Below are positions 38,123-48,785 of a stretch of 64,000 nucleotides of DNA, piece after piece (within the stretch, counting starts at the first letter, position 1; the number at the start of each line of letters is the position of its first letter). Under the pieces are notes generated by a model. The model was not told where the DNA came from, did no database searches, and saw nothing but the letters and a program-made list of their open reading frames with translations. The stretch covers positions 172,915 through 236,914 of the forward strand of contig JBMORP010000002.1 in the NCBI GenBank assembly GCA_049322655.1, in the 5' to 3' direction. The position numbers and the translations under genes were made by a program. The DNA comes from Patescibacteria group bacterium. Lineage in GTDB: Bacteria; Patescibacteriota; Microgenomatia; UBA1400; PJMF01.

Positions 38123-39205
38123 TTAAAGCTTGGAAAACCACCATATGCCTTGCTCCTTAACCAAATTTTTTAGTTGTAAATTCAACAAACTTGTTTGTAA
38201 ATCAACTATAGAGAGACGAGTTGCCATAAGTAACTCATCAAAACAACAGCGCTTAGTTTGTAAAACTGCTAAAGTTTTCTGTTCATGTTCATTCAAAATC
38301 GAGACCAATTGATGATTTTTATCTGGAAAACCTAATAAAGTTTGTTCAATATCAGCTGGAACCCTCACCAAGCCAGCTCCTTGTTTAAGTAACTCTTGAA
38401 CTCCTTCAGAGAAAGGACTAAAAATCGAACCTGGTACAGCCCAAACATCTCGTCCTAGCTCAGCAGCAACTGTTGCTGTTAACAAACTACCACTATTAAT
38501 AGCTGCCTCAATTACACACAAATCTTGTGAAAGACCAGCCACCAAGATGTTTCTAGCAGGAAAATTACCCGGTCTTGGTGCAACATGGGGAGCAAAAGGA
38601 GAAATAAAACTAGCTCCTCGATTCAAAAAATCAACAAAAGGTCGTCGATGAGTAGCTGGATACATAAAATCAAAACCAAAACCTAAAACTCCAACTGTTT
38701 TCCCTCCAGAATCAAGTGCTGTTTGTTGAGCAATAACATCAACTCCATACATAAAACCAGAAATAATAACCCTGGTCATTGCCAAGTCAGGGATCAAGAA
38801 CTTAATTACTTGTTCACCATAAGGAGTAATCTTTCTTGTGCCCACCACTCCTAAAGTTTGGTTTAACTCTAGTTTTCCACCTTTAACAAATAAAACTGGC
38901 GGATAAAAATCGAGATTCTTAAGTAAAACTGGATATTCTTGATCGTGATGAAACACTACCCGAATATTTTTGGCTAATAATTGCTGATAATATGAGTAAC
39001 TATTATTTTCTTTTTTAAATCTAAAGATTGAATTTTCAATATTTTTATTTATAGATAAATTCTGCCAGACTGCACCCTTGTTAACCCAAAAATCGGCCTC
39101 AGTTACTTCGTGTTTAGTTAGGTAATTTAAAATTTTTAAATAACGCTTAACACCCACTCCATCTAAAGAGTAAAGAGCTGTTCTAAATTCTCTGGAATAA
39201 ACCAT
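38123..39205 (-). CDS. dprA: DNA processing protein DprA/Smf
   Basis: DprA Rossmann core VVGTRK...G(V/I)D. Conserved dprA-topA synteny. Confidence 0.85.
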   Translation of the reverse strand: MVYSREFRTALYSLDGVGVKRYLKILNYLTKHEVTEADFWVNKGAVWQNLSINKNIENSIFRFKKENNSYSYYQQLLAKNIRVVFHHDQEYPVLLKNLDFYPPVLFVKGGKLELNQTLGVVGTRKITPYGEQVIKFLIPDLAMTRVIISGFMYGVDVIAQQTALDSGGKTVGVLGFGFDFMYPATHRRPFVDFLNRGASFISPFAPHVAPRPGNFPARNILVAGLSQDLCVIEAAINSGSLLTATVAAELGRDVWAVPGSIFSPFSEGVQELLKQGAGLVRVPADIEQTLLGFPDKNHQLVSILNEHEQKTLAVLQTKRCCFDELLMATRLSIVDLQTSLLNLQLKNLVKEQGIWWFSKL

Positions 39206-39240
39206 TTAAACTCAAGATAGCAGATAAAAATGACAAGAAT

Positions 39241-41109
39241 TTAGTTTTCTAAACCAAGTAGCCACTGCCAAATTCCGTAGGCCACTGGTGCAGCATCTCT
39301 GGAGCCTTCCATAAAAGGTTGGTTATCATCACTCTCTACCAAAACCACTATGGCAATAGTATCTGGAAAACCATGTAGCTTAATTTGCTGTAACCAGTGT
39401 TGTTTTTCTTGAGCTAAATCTTTTTCTTCTTCTGAAGTGATATCAATAACTGGGGATTGTTTTGGACTAGTTTCTCCTAAAACTTTAAGTTGGGCTGCCA
39501 CTAAATCATTAATCCCTCCCACTGTCATCGCAAACCAAGCATGAGTTCGACGATAACCTCTTTCATCTTCTCCACCAAACTCTGCTGTCCCTGTCTTACA
39601 AGCCACCACTCCATTACTAATTAATTTGTTGGCTGGTAAATCACCCACTTCGGCCAAACGTTGCTGATTCCAAGAAAAAAACGGGTAGGCTGTTCCGCCA
39701 GGGGAACAAGCTTCAATCATACCTTGTTCAATCGTTAAGAGATGGGTTTCAGTCGCTCCCAAAGTACTACATTTACTAGTGGCATCAGTAAATAAAGTAG
39801 GTTTACATAATTTACCACCATTGCCAAAAGCTTGAACCATTTGCGCTTGTTGTAAAGGTGTAACCAACAAATCACCTTGCCCAATTCCCATATGAAAAGT
39901 ATTGCCCAAAAACCATCTTTCACCCAAAGTTTTTTCTTTCCAAATCGGGCTAGGAACCAAACCAGCTTTTTCACCTTTTAATTCAATGCCTGTTAATTGA
40001 CCGAAACCGAGCTCTTCAGCTTGCTCCACCAAAGCCTCTACCCCCGTCCATTCAGCAGCTCGATAGAAGAAAGTGTCATTACTCCTAGCGATTGCCTTAA
40101 CTAAGGAGATTAAGCCTTCTGTTCGGCCATATTGAGTGTAGTACCAGTTGGCATAACGATACTCACCCACTTCCAAGATTCCCTGATCATCAACCGAAGT
40201 TTCAGCATCGAAAGCCCCTGTCTCTAAACCTGCTAAAGCAGTCACCAATTTAAAAATTGATCCAGGAGGGTAAGTCCCATTGATGGCTCGATTGAAAAAT
40301 AATTTTTTTTCATCTGCCAAAGCCAGTCTAAGTTGATTGAGCTTTTGTTTTTGTTCAGTCTCAATATTAGAGGGACTAAATAAATTGCTATTAAATGATG
40401 GTGTACTGAGTAAGGTTAAAACTTGACCAGTATTAGCATCCAAAATCACCACCGCTCCAGTTTTATTTTCCATTTTTTTCCAGGCCACTGTTGATAAATA
40501 AGGATCCAATGACGTAGTCAGATTTTTGCCTCTGACTGGTTCAACCACCGTTGCTTCAGTTAGTTTTTTGCCTAAAGCATTAATTTCAAACTCTCGATAG
40601 CCTTTTCTTCCTTTAATCACCTCATCATAAGCAGCTTCCAAACCTAGCCGACCAACTTGATCAGTCAGTTGGTAATTTTTCTGCTTTAAATCTTCGGCTG
40701 TTACGCTAGTGACATAACCCAAAACATGCGATAAGGAAAATGGTCTTAAATAGTATCTTTGTAGGCTATAACTTACTTCATAAGGGTTAGCAACTTGCAA
40801 GGCCAAAGCTTCCTGTTTACTGAGGGGCTTTTTTTCTGGATAAATAGCGGTTGGATCCAACAGTTGGTAATATGATCGTTGATTAATTAATAGTGGCTGA
40901 CCAAACCTATCAAGGAAAACTCCTCTTTCAGCCGGCATTTCTGCCCTAAAAACTCGATTTTGATGAGAAATATCAGCAAATTGACTGCCTTGAAAACCTT
41001 GCAAGTCAATCACCCTAAAAACTAATAAGCTTAAAGCAAATAATAAACTCAAAAAAACAAACTGAACTAACTGATTTTTTCGTTGTTTTTCCATATTCTC
41101 GGCCACCAA
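39241..41109 (-). CDS. mrdA: penicillin-binding protein 2 (elongasome transpeptidase)
   Basis: SxxK (SIFK), SxN (SND) and KTGT motifs with an N-terminal TM segment. Confidence 0.9.
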   Translation of the reverse strand: MVAENMEKQRKNQLVQFVFLSLLFALSLLVFRVIDLQGFQGSQFADISHQNRVFRAEMPAERGVFLDRFGQPLLINQRSYYQLLDPTAIYPEKKPLSKQEALALQVANPYEVSYSLQRYYLRPFSLSHVLGYVTSVTAEDLKQKNYQLTDQVGRLGLEAAYDEVIKGRKGYREFEINALGKKLTEATVVEPVRGKNLTTSLDPYLSTVAWKKMENKTGAVVILDANTGQVLTLLSTPSFNSNLFSPSNIETEQKQKLNQLRLALADEKKLFFNRAINGTYPPGSIFKLVTALAGLETGAFDAETSVDDQGILEVGEYRYANWYYTQYGRTEGLISLVKAIARSNDTFFYRAAEWTGVEALVEQAEELGFGQLTGIELKGEKAGLVPSPIWKEKTLGERWFLGNTFHMGIGQGDLLVTPLQQAQMVQAFGNGGKLCKPTLFTDATSKCSTLGATETHLLTIEQGMIEACSPGGTAYPFFSWNQQRLAEVGDLPANKLISNGVVACKTGTAEFGGEDERGYRRTHAWFAMTVGGINDLVAAQLKVLGETSPKQSPVIDITSEEEKDLAQEKQHWLQQIKLHGFPDTIAIVVLVESDDNQPFMEGSRDAAPVAYGIWQWLLGLEN

Positions 41110-41510
41110 ATAACTCCCTTTGTATAAAAAATCAAAAAAAGAAGGCTTAAAATCGACTGAACTACTATCCCCATCGAATAGTGAGTCAAACTAGTCACAC
41201 TAGTTGCTACCACAATACTCAAATAAATTAGCCACCACCAAAAACTTCTGATGTTTTGGTAAAGCCATAATACAATCAAAAAACTAAAGATTAACAGTAG
41301 TGAGTTAGAAAAAGCAGTACTTAGTAAAAAACTACTTATAATAATAATTGCCCAAGCTGAAACCACTGATGATCTAACAATAATTTGTTGAAGAAAAAAG
41401 ACACTTAACCAAGGAAAACCAAACGTCGCTTCAAAAGAAACCAAAATCACCAATAAAAACAAATGAATTGATAAACGATAAAAGCTATTTAATTTCATTG
41501 AATTGATCAT
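41067..41510 (-). CDS. mreD: rod shape-determining protein MreD-like membrane protein
   Basis: Small polytopic membrane protein sitting between mreC and PBP2. Confidence 0.55.
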   Translation of the reverse strand: MINSMKLNSFYRLSIHLFLLVILVSFEATFGFPWLSVFFLQQIIVRSSVVSAWAIIIISSFLLSTAFSNSLLLIFSFLIVLWLYQNIRSFWWWLIYLSIVVATSVTSLTHYSMGIVVQSILSLLFLIFYTKGVIWWPRIWKNNEKIS

Positions 41511-42286
41511 CTTATCTCCACAACTGAACTTTCAAAAAAAGACACATACTGTTCAATAATTGCTGTTTGGACTGAACTTGCTAAATCTTGATTAATAAAC
41601 GAAATTTGACCAAGCAAAACCCCTTGTTCAACTTGACTTTGTCCCAAAGTATAAATTTTTTCTCCCACCCTAAGTTGATCGGTTTTATTTACTTCAGTAA
41701 ATAAAATCTTTCTACCATCTCCCCTTATAATCCCTTCAACTCCTGATTCAGTTTTGGCCAAGATTGGAGTGGCTTCTTTTTCATGAAGCAAAACAACCTG
41801 AGACTCGTGCTCATTGATTTTACTTAATTGGCCAAGTAGTGTCTCTCGACTAATAACTAAAGCACCTGTTTCTAAATTAAGGTCTTTCCCGCCAGCTACA
41901 GCTGGTTTGGCCAATGAAACTACTGGTCTTGTTAAAATTGTTCTAGTTTGAGGTCGATCAGTATTTTCTAGTAAAAATCTAAGTTCTTGGTTCTCTCTTT
42001 TTAAGGTTTCCAACTCTGTTAGTGAAGCTGAAGCCGCCGCCAATTTCAATTCTAAATCCTGAATATGAACAGCATAGTTAAAAACCTTTTTAACTGAACT
42101 TGATTTTGCAATAAACTGATTAGTAAGCTGAACCCACCAATTTTTACTTGGTTCAATTAAACCATGATAAATAGTTTGTTGAACCGGCCTAACCAAACCA
42201 GTAAGTTCCATAATCAAGATTACCCCACCAATTAAAAGAATCTGCTCCCAAGTAGTAGTCAGAAACAAATTCTTCTTCATAACCAC
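41507..42286 (-). CDS. mreC: rod shape-determining protein MreC
   Basis: N-terminal TM segment, coiled coil and MreC beta-domain pattern. Confidence 0.8.
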   Translation of the reverse strand: MVMKKNLFLTTTWEQILLIGGVILIMELTGLVRPVQQTIYHGLIEPSKNWWVQLTNQFIAKSSSVKKVFNYAVHIQDLELKLAAASASLTELETLKRENQELRFLLENTDRPQTRTILTRPVVSLAKPAVAGGKDLNLETGALVISRETLLGQLSKINEHESQVVLLHEKEATPILAKTESGVEGIIRGDGRKILFTEVNKTDQLRVGEKIYTLGQSQVEQGVLLGQISFINQDLASSVQTAIIEQYVSFFESSVVEIR

Positions 42287-43149
42287 TCTACTCCTTGCAT
42301 CAAGTCAAACTCAGTTTTTAATCTTAATGATTTTTCACCCAAATGATCTAGGCTTTTCTTGAAAAAATCATCTCCCAAAATCACCCATTTATCTGCGCCA
42401 ATTTGTTTAAAAAGATTATTTTGCACGATAGAATCTAACTCTTTGGTAATTTTTCGTTGCAAAGAACTAGCAAGCGGTTCAACATCTTTAAAAAGAAAAC
42501 TCATTGTTTGTAAATCTTTAGTACGACTATTTCTACCGCGAACAACTAAAGAAAATTTTTCTCCTTGATTACCAATCTCTTGATACAAAGCAAAAGCTAC
42601 TTTTTCTGCAAGTTCAAATAAATGTTTCTCTCTAAAAAAATAAATCGTTTCATCAATCGCTTCTCTCAGTGAATAGTAAACTATAAAACTTTGCTGAGCA
42701 GCCCGATCAAAAACTCCAATTTCACTAATTTCTTGGCCAATATACACAAAACTACCTTTGTCTAGGTCTTGCTTGGCTAAAAAAGCTCTAAATGCCGTAG
42801 CATAATTAATTAACTCAACACCAAAAAATCCAGCTTGTTTGAATAGTTTGGTAAAAAGCTCTCTTTCCAGAGGAGAGCTATTGGTAGGAATAAAAATAAT
42901 TGCTTTATTTCTAACTAATAAATTACCAAAATCGATGTTGTTTTCTCGACAAATTTTTTTAATACTAGCCAAAGCTTGAGTAAAATCTGCAACCTTGTTT
43001 TCAATAAAACCAGTGGCAGTATTAAATTGGTGAACCTTACGTTTTTTTGCAGTAACTACCAAAATACTCTGACCATTAATCCAAAATAGAGTCTGGGGGC
43101 TCTGATTATTTTGAGTAGAAAAAAACTTAAAACTAGGTAACTTTCTCAT
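42277..43149 (-). CDS. MreB homolog with degenerate nucleotide-binding motifs
   Basis: Aligns to MreB (VADF, IFIPTNSSPLERELF...AGFFGVELINYATAAF, VRGRN). Phosphate-1 DLGTAN is replaced by INGQSI, phosphate-2 DIGGGTT by YIGQEIS, and the adenosine motif GGGALL by GDDFFK. Confidence 0.7.
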   Translation of the reverse strand: MRKLPSFKFFSTQNNQSPQTLFWINGQSILVVTAKKRKVHQFNTATGFIENKVADFTQALASIKKICRENNIDFGNLLVRNKAIIFIPTNSSPLERELFTKLFKQAGFFGVELINYATAFRAFLAKQDLDKGSFVYIGQEISEIGVFDRAAQQSFIVYYSLREAIDETIYFFREKHLFELAEKVAFALYQEIGNQGEKFSLVVRGRNSRTKDLQTMSFLFKDVEPLASSLQRKITKELDSIVQNNLFKQIGADKWVILGDDFFKKSLDHLGEKSLRLKTEFDLMQGVEWL

Positions 43150-43195
43150 CTATCTGAGATTAGCAGACTTGAAACAAAATAACAAACCAACCAGC

Positions 43196-44122
43196 CTAAA
43201 AAGAATTTAGCAGTTTTGTGCCACTGTGCCAACGACCAGCCTTAAAATGCTGCTCGGCTTCATCTAATTTTGTTTGATCCTGGTTGTTCTGCTTGAAGCT
43301 TTCCCTAATTCCTGCCAACCTTTCCCAGAGCATATCTTCTTTTAAAGCTAAAGCCTTCTCTAACATGATCTCCTCAATATCTGGAACAAACTGCTCAATC
43401 TTCTCAATTAAAGCAGCCTGCTTCTTCTCCTCAGCCAAACTAACATCATTTTTAACCTTCTCGATTTCAGCTAATTCTGATTCAGTAACTAACAAAGCCA
43501 AATCTTTGGCCAAAAAATCATCCCACAAGGCTTGTTGTAGCTCATCTAAAAATGATTCTTTTTCCTGATCAGTGGCATCACTTACTCCAAGTAAATCAAA
43601 AATGTTTTGTTCTTCAATACTTTCAGTTTCACTAGCTGGCTGGTCAACTTTAGTTGATTCAGAAACAACCGGCTGCTCAGCTTTGACTTTATTTTCCTCA
43701 GTAGCCAAAGCTTGTTCGAAGCTAGCTAAAGAGACCTTGTCTGAGACTGACTTCCCTTCTGGTGTAGTAGGTTGAGACTGTTTGGCCTCTGCAACTCGTT
43801 GTTTATATTTTTGTTCGTATGCTTCAAGAGCTTTTTCTAACTCAGCCAAAGGATCAACTTGTTGAGCGGTCTGAATGGCCTCTTTAGTTTTATTTTCAGC
43901 CAATTGTTGCAAATTTTCGACATCAGCCAATTGCTGTGATTTTTGTTCATCTTTTTTAGTTTCAAATTCCGTCACTAACTCTTCTAGTTTTTTTAGTGGA
44001 TCAAAATCAACTTGCTTAGTGCTAGTCATTGGTTGAGAAGTGGAAGGCTGACTACCACTGGTAGGTGGAACATAAGAATCGACGTAAGATTGGTTTTGAT
44101 TGTTTAAGGCAGGATCTGACAT
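43196..44122 (-). CDS. acidic coiled-coil protein of unknown function
   Basis: Intact ORF upstream of the mreB-like gene on the same strand. Glu/Gln/Lys-rich. Confidence 0.5.
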   Translation of the reverse strand: MSDPALNNQNQSYVDSYVPPTSGSQPSTSQPMTSTKQVDFDPLKKLEELVTEFETKKDEQKSQQLADVENLQQLAENKTKEAIQTAQQVDPLAELEKALEAYEQKYKQRVAEAKQSQPTTPEGKSVSDKVSLASFEQALATEENKVKAEQPVVSESTKVDQPASETESIEEQNIFDLLGVSDATDQEKESFLDELQQALWDDFLAKDLALLVTESELAEIEKVKNDVSLAEEKKQAALIEKIEQFVPDIEEIMLEKALALKEDMLWERLAGIRESFKQNNQDQTKLDEAEQHFKAGRWHSGTKLLNSF

Positions 44123-44218
44123 AGTTGTTGAAATAAACCTAGTTTTTAATGACTAACTAAATATAGCAGAAAATAGAACATTAGCTAAAGGCTCAATTGT
44201 GAGGTTACAATATAATCA

Positions 44219-46285
44219 ATGTTTGTAAAAATCTTTAGTTTCCTCTATCACTGCCTGTTTTTAGTTACTCCTTTACTTTTTTTCTGGGGTAACAGTGAAC
44301 TTTTCGAGTTAAATAAAATGTTATTTATTTATGTGGTAGCTGTTTTAGTTGCTGGTTTATGGTTAATCAGATCAGTTATCAATAAAAAAATTTATTGGAA
44401 AAATCACCCTCTAATCTGGTTAATTCTTACTTTTTTGGCTGGACAAGTTATTTCCACTCTATTTTCTATCCACTGGCCAACTTCTTTGTGGGGTTACTAT
44501 AGCCGACTTAATGGTGGCCTAATTTCTGCTCTAGCTTTTACTGTTCTAACTTTGGGTCTTTGGAATAATATTCCCAAAGAAAAACTACTTACTTTCTTTA
44601 TTAGTCATGGTTTGGGTTTACTGTTAGTCAGTTTATATGCTCTACCAGAACACTTTGGTTTTTCTCCAAGCTGCGTCCTACTTCAACAAACCTTTGATAC
44701 CACTTGTTGGAAACAAGATGTCCAAACTAGAGTTTTTGGTACTTTTGGCCAACCAAATTGGCTAGCCAGTTACATTATTGGTGTTTTCCCTTTAGTGATT
44801 TTTCTTAGAGAACAATATAAAAACAAATTGCCCTGGTTAACAGAAATAACTTTAGTTATAGCTGGTTTAGTTGTTTGGTACACCAAATCTAGATCAGGTA
44901 TTTTTGGTTTGATCTTAGTTGGTTTGCTAGTTGCTTTTCTTTATTCATACAAAAAAATTAAAGTGATCAAAAAAATTTGGCAAAACAAACTCTTTTTGCC
45001 TTTTACCTTAACTTTCTCTATATTAGTAATAATCGTTGGCGGCTCTCTACTCCACCAGAGAACACAAGACGATTTGCAGCACCTTGACTTAGCACAAGGC
45101 ACTGATTCTTTTTCTATTAGGACTATTGTTTGGGAAGGCGCCCTCAAAGTTTGGCAACGCTATCCTTTAGTTGGTTCCGGACCGGCTACTTTTGCCTATA
45201 GTTTTTACCAAGATCGGCCCGCTCTACACAACCTAGTCTCAGAATGGGATTTTTTGTACAACAAAGCTCACAACGAATTCCTCAACTATTTGGCTGAGAC
45301 AGGTTTGCTTGGCTTCTCTACTTACTTAATTTTTTTATTAGGAACTCTCTACTTACTCTGGAAAAACGGTCATAAATATAAATCTTGGGCTAACTCTAGC
45401 TGGCTGGTAATGGTGAGTTTACTGGGCTTATCTGCTGTGCATTTTTTTGGTTTTTCGATCGCCATCACTAACCTCTTACTCTTTACTTTGCCAGTGATTA
45501 CGCTCAGTGAAGACAAACAACCAGCAAAAAAAATAACAAACCAACTTTCCAAAAAAGAAAGTTGGCAAATTACTAGCTGGTGGCAATATCTAGCTATCGT
45601 GCTAGTAGGCATAGTTGCTCTTAAATCACTAGTTTCACTGTTGAATTTTTGGCAAGCTGACCGACTTTATAAAAAAAGCAAAGAGCAACAAGCAACCGCA
45701 CAATATTTGGCTGCTGCCAAATCTTTGGAAAAAGCATTAGCACTATCACCCAAAGAAGCACTTTTTTATGATGAGTTCGCAGATGTCTATAGTATCCTAT
45801 CTTTTCAATACGGAGTAGTTAATAATCAAGAGGTTGCTAATCAATTAGCTAAGGCTGCCATTGATAATTCTAACTACGCCATCCTACTCAATCCTAGACA
45901 TCTAAACTTTTACAAAACTAGAGCTAGAATTTTTTTGGTTTTGGCACAAAATAATCCCAAATATTATGCTGATGCAGAACATACGCTGATTTCTGCCTTA
46001 GAACTATCACCAACTGATGCCAAACTCTACTACAACTTAGGTCTAGTCAGAAAAGAAATGATCAAAATGACTGAGGCTCAACAATCTTTAGAAAAAGCCG
46101 TAGAACTAAAACCTAATTATCTTAAAGCTCGAGAAGAATTGGCCTCGCTCTATGCTGAAACCAATCAGCCCACTAAGTCTCTCGAACAATTTTCCTTTAT
46201 CCTTAAGCACTTAGCTGTCGATGAGCCTGCTTTTTGGCAAAAATACTATCAAGTGGAAGCTACTGCTTCAGGAACAACTAACTAG
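44219..46285 (+). CDS. O-antigen ligase-like (Wzy_C) membrane protein with C-terminal TPR repeats
   Basis: Polytopic N-terminus with the AHNEFLNYLAETGLLG motif. The C-terminus carries TPR-like repeats. Confidence 0.8.
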   Translation: MFVKIFSFLYHCLFLVTPLLFFWGNSELFELNKMLFIYVVAVLVAGLWLIRSVINKKIYWKNHPLIWLILTFLAGQVISTLFSIHWPTSLWGYYSRLNGGLISALAFTVLTLGLWNNIPKEKLLTFFISHGLGLLLVSLYALPEHFGFSPSCVLLQQTFDTTCWKQDVQTRVFGTFGQPNWLASYIIGVFPLVIFLREQYKNKLPWLTEITLVIAGLVVWYTKSRSGIFGLILVGLLVAFLYSYKKIKVIKKIWQNKLFLPFTLTFSILVIIVGGSLLHQRTQDDLQHLDLAQGTDSFSIRTIVWEGALKVWQRYPLVGSGPATFAYSFYQDRPALHNLVSEWDFLYNKAHNEFLNYLAETGLLGFSTYLIFLLGTLYLLWKNGHKYKSWANSSWLVMVSLLGLSAVHFFGFSIAITNLLLFTLPVITLSEDKQPAKKITNQLSKKESWQITSWWQYLAIVLVGIVALKSLVSLLNFWQADRLYKKSKEQQATAQYLAAAKSLEKALALSPKEALFYDEFADVYSILSFQYGVVNNQEVANQLAKAAIDNSNYAILLNPRHLNFYKTRARIFLVLAQNNPKYYADAEHTLISALELSPTDAKLYYNLGLVRKEMIKMTEAQQSLEKAVELKPNYLKAREELASLYAETNQPTKSLEQFSFILKHLAVDEPAFWQKYYQVEATASGTTN

Positions 46286-46933
46286 ATGACTACTCAACAA
46301 ATATTTGACCATTTTAATATTCCACCAGGCTTACAACAGCACATGTATACCGTGGCTGGAGTTGGTAAATATATTACAGATAACTGGCTTGGAGAAAAAA
46401 TTAATCAACAAGCAATAGTAACTGCGCTACTAATCCACGATTTAGGCAATTTAGTTAAGTTCGATTTATCACCTGGAGCCAAAGTTTATGACCCAACTTT
46501 GGCTACTGATCAATGGCGTAAAAACCAACAAATAACGATTGAGCAATATGGTTCAGACGCTCACCAAGCCACCTTAATTATGGCCAAAAAAATAGTCAGT
46601 GACCCGTTAGTTTTAAAGTTAATTAATAGTATGGATGCGACTAATCTAGTTAAAACTTTCAACCAAAGCTGGGAAGAGAAAATTTGTGAATACGCCGACT
46701 TAAGAGTAACCCCATTTGGAATTACCTCTTTAGAAAACCGCTTAAACGACATACACCAAAGATATAAACAACATTCCCAAGCCTGGGCTGATGAACAACT
46801 TTTAACCCAGAATAAATCTTTTGGACAAAAAATTGAGCAACAGCTACAAACTAATACTAAAGTTGATATCATCACTATTCCAGCAGAAAAAATAGCCACT
46901 TATCTGGTAGAATTACCAGATTACCAAATTTAA
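46286..46933 (+). CDS. HD-domain phosphohydrolase
   Basis: H...H...LLIHDLG motif. The ATG directly abuts the preceding stop codon. Confidence 0.7.
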   Translation: MTTQQIFDHFNIPPGLQQHMYTVAGVGKYITDNWLGEKINQQAIVTALLIHDLGNLVKFDLSPGAKVYDPTLATDQWRKNQQITIEQYGSDAHQATLIMAKKIVSDPLVLKLINSMDATNLVKTFNQSWEEKICEYADLRVTPFGITSLENRLNDIHQRYKQHSQAWADEQLLTQNKSFGQKIEQQLQTNTKVDIITIPAEKIATYLVELPDYQI

Positions 46934-46935
46934 AT

Positions 46936-47493
46936 ATGAAAATCATTACTATTCCCCATCCAACTTTGCGAGAAAAGGCTAGCTTGGTGGAGAAAAATAC
47001 CGATCAATTTAGCAAGTTCCTTGGTGATTTAAAAGAAACTTTGCTCAATGCTGATAATCCCAAGGGAGTTGGCTTGGCCGCCCCTCAGGTTGATACTCTT
47101 TATCGAGTTTTTTTGACTTTGGTGGATGATCACCAAAAAACTCCTCAAGAGTTCATCAATCCAGTCATCACCAAACATAGTGACAAACAAACTTTCGGGC
47201 CAGATCCCGAAAATCCAAGATTAGAGGGCTGCTTATCAATGCCGGGTCTCTATGGACCAATCCCTCGTTGGGAATGGGTGGAACTTGAGTTTGAAAAAAT
47301 CGAGCATGGTTTGTTTGTTCCAGACAAACAAAAATTTTTTGGCTTTCATGCTCGGGTCATTCAACATGAGATAGATCATTTAGACGGCATTTTATTTACT
47401 GACTATTCTCTCCAATATGGCCTCCCGGTTTATCTTGAAAAGAAAAAACAACTAATTGAAATCGAAGATCGTAGGGCTCTAGAGCTGTACTAA
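46936..47493 (+). CDS. def: peptide deformylase
   Basis: GVGLAAPQ, EGCLS and HEIDHLDG motifs. Confidence 0.9.
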   Translation: MKIITIPHPTLREKASLVEKNTDQFSKFLGDLKETLLNADNPKGVGLAAPQVDTLYRVFLTLVDDHQKTPQEFINPVITKHSDKQTFGPDPENPRLEGCLSMPGLYGPIPRWEWVELEFEKIEHGLFVPDKQKFFGFHARVIQHEIDHLDGILFTDYSLQYGLPVYLEKKKQLIEIEDRRALELY

Positions 47494-47513
47494 AATAAAA
47501 CTGACAACCAAAT

Positions 47514-48401
47514 ATGTATAAAATCTGGATCGCCGGTTCTACCCATCGCACCAAACAAGTTGCAGCAACAATTAAAGCTGACAAAAAATTCAAAATCGAG
47601 TTAATCATTACTCCCCAGCCTAGACAAGTGGGTCGTAAACAAACAACCGTAATTAATCCTCTTCACCAATTTGCTCTCGATCACCAAATTAAAAATATTT
47701 TGGTCGATAAAAAAATTGACCAACAAGTTAACCAACAGTTAAAACGACTAGCTCCACCAGATTTACTAATCGTTGTAGACTTTGGTTTTTTGATTCCGGA
47801 CTGGTTATTAACATTACCTCAAAAAGCCTCTCTCAACATTCACCCTTCTTTGCTCCCCAAATGGCGAGGGAGCTCTCCAGGTCAAAATGTCATCTTGCAT
47901 GGAGAAACTGACTCAGCTGTAACTTTGATGCAGATTGTTAAACAAATGGATGCCGGTCCAATTTTAGTGCAACTCCCCTTTGAAGTTAAAGAAAGTTGGC
48001 ATAGTAATGATTATTATCAACATGCCTTTGACTTAATCTGCCGCCAACTCACTACCTATTTAGTCGATTTTTTAGAAGGAAAAATCACTCCCCAACCTCA
48101 GCCACTTCATTCACCAACTCCTTTGGCCACTAAAATCACCAAAGATCAAGCTTTTTTTAGCTGGGATGATTTAAAAAAGGCGATGGAAACAGGTGAAAAA
48201 GCCAAAACAATAGAACGAGCTAGTAAAGCTTACTATCCATGGCCAAAACTATGGACCAAAGTACCAACCAGCCAAGGTGAAAAAAGATTAATCATTCATC
48301 AAGCTGCTATAAACAATCGCAAACTAGTTTTGGATCAAGTTCAGTTGGAAGGTAAAGATCCTACCCATTGGCAAACCATTAAAGCTAACATCTTGAAATA
48401 G
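47514..48401 (+). CDS. fmt: methionyl-tRNA formyltransferase
   Basis: NIHPSLLPKWRG motif plus the C-terminal domain. Confidence 0.9.
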   Translation: MYKIWIAGSTHRTKQVAATIKADKKFKIELIITPQPRQVGRKQTTVINPLHQFALDHQIKNILVDKKIDQQVNQQLKRLAPPDLLIVVDFGFLIPDWLLTLPQKASLNIHPSLLPKWRGSSPGQNVILHGETDSAVTLMQIVKQMDAGPILVQLPFEVKESWHSNDYYQHAFDLICRQLTTYLVDFLEGKITPQPQPLHSPTPLATKITKDQAFFSWDDLKKAMETGEKAKTIERASKAYYPWPKLWTKVPTSQGEKRLIIHQAAINNRKLVLDQVQLEGKDPTHWQTIKANILK

Positions 48402-48403
48402 AA

Positions 48404-48433
48404 AAACAGGCCCATGGTAGGGCCTGTTTAGTT
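48404..48433. terminator. bidirectional rho-independent terminator
   Basis: aacaggccc-atggtag-ggcctgtt 9-bp stem with T-runs on both strands. Confidence 0.6.
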
Positions 48434-48445
48434 CACTTCTTAGAT

Positions 48446-48628
48446 TTAATGACCCTTGGTTAAACTTGCTATTTCTTCTTCTGTAGCAAGTCTGTAGTGC
48501 AATGGATGTTGGTCGCACTCCAGGTAAACCCTAGGTGGAACTTCCCGGATACGCAGAATCCCAACACTACAAAATGGACAAAAGTCATTTTCTTTCGAAG
48601 TTTTTGGTAATTCCCTGACCTTAGTCAT
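48446..48628 (-). CDS. small (60 aa) putative zinc-binding protein
   Basis: Strong RBS AAAAGGAGG 6 nt upstream. CPFC...CDQHPLH motif. A nested hairpin lies in the 5' UTR (48635..48700). Confidence 0.5.
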   Translation of the reverse strand: MTKVRELPKTSKENDFCPFCSVGILRIREVPPRVYLECDQHPLHYRLATEEEIASLTKGH

Positions 48629-48785
48629 GAACTACCTCCTTTTGTTGTCACATGATTAGCAACGCCTTGTTGCTGGTGACAAGGCTAATATTCTAACAAA
48701 TAACTTAAATAAAGCAAATTATGGGATAAAAAAACACCACTCTTGTTTAAGTGGCGTTTCAAATTACAGTAAAAAAACTACCTAA

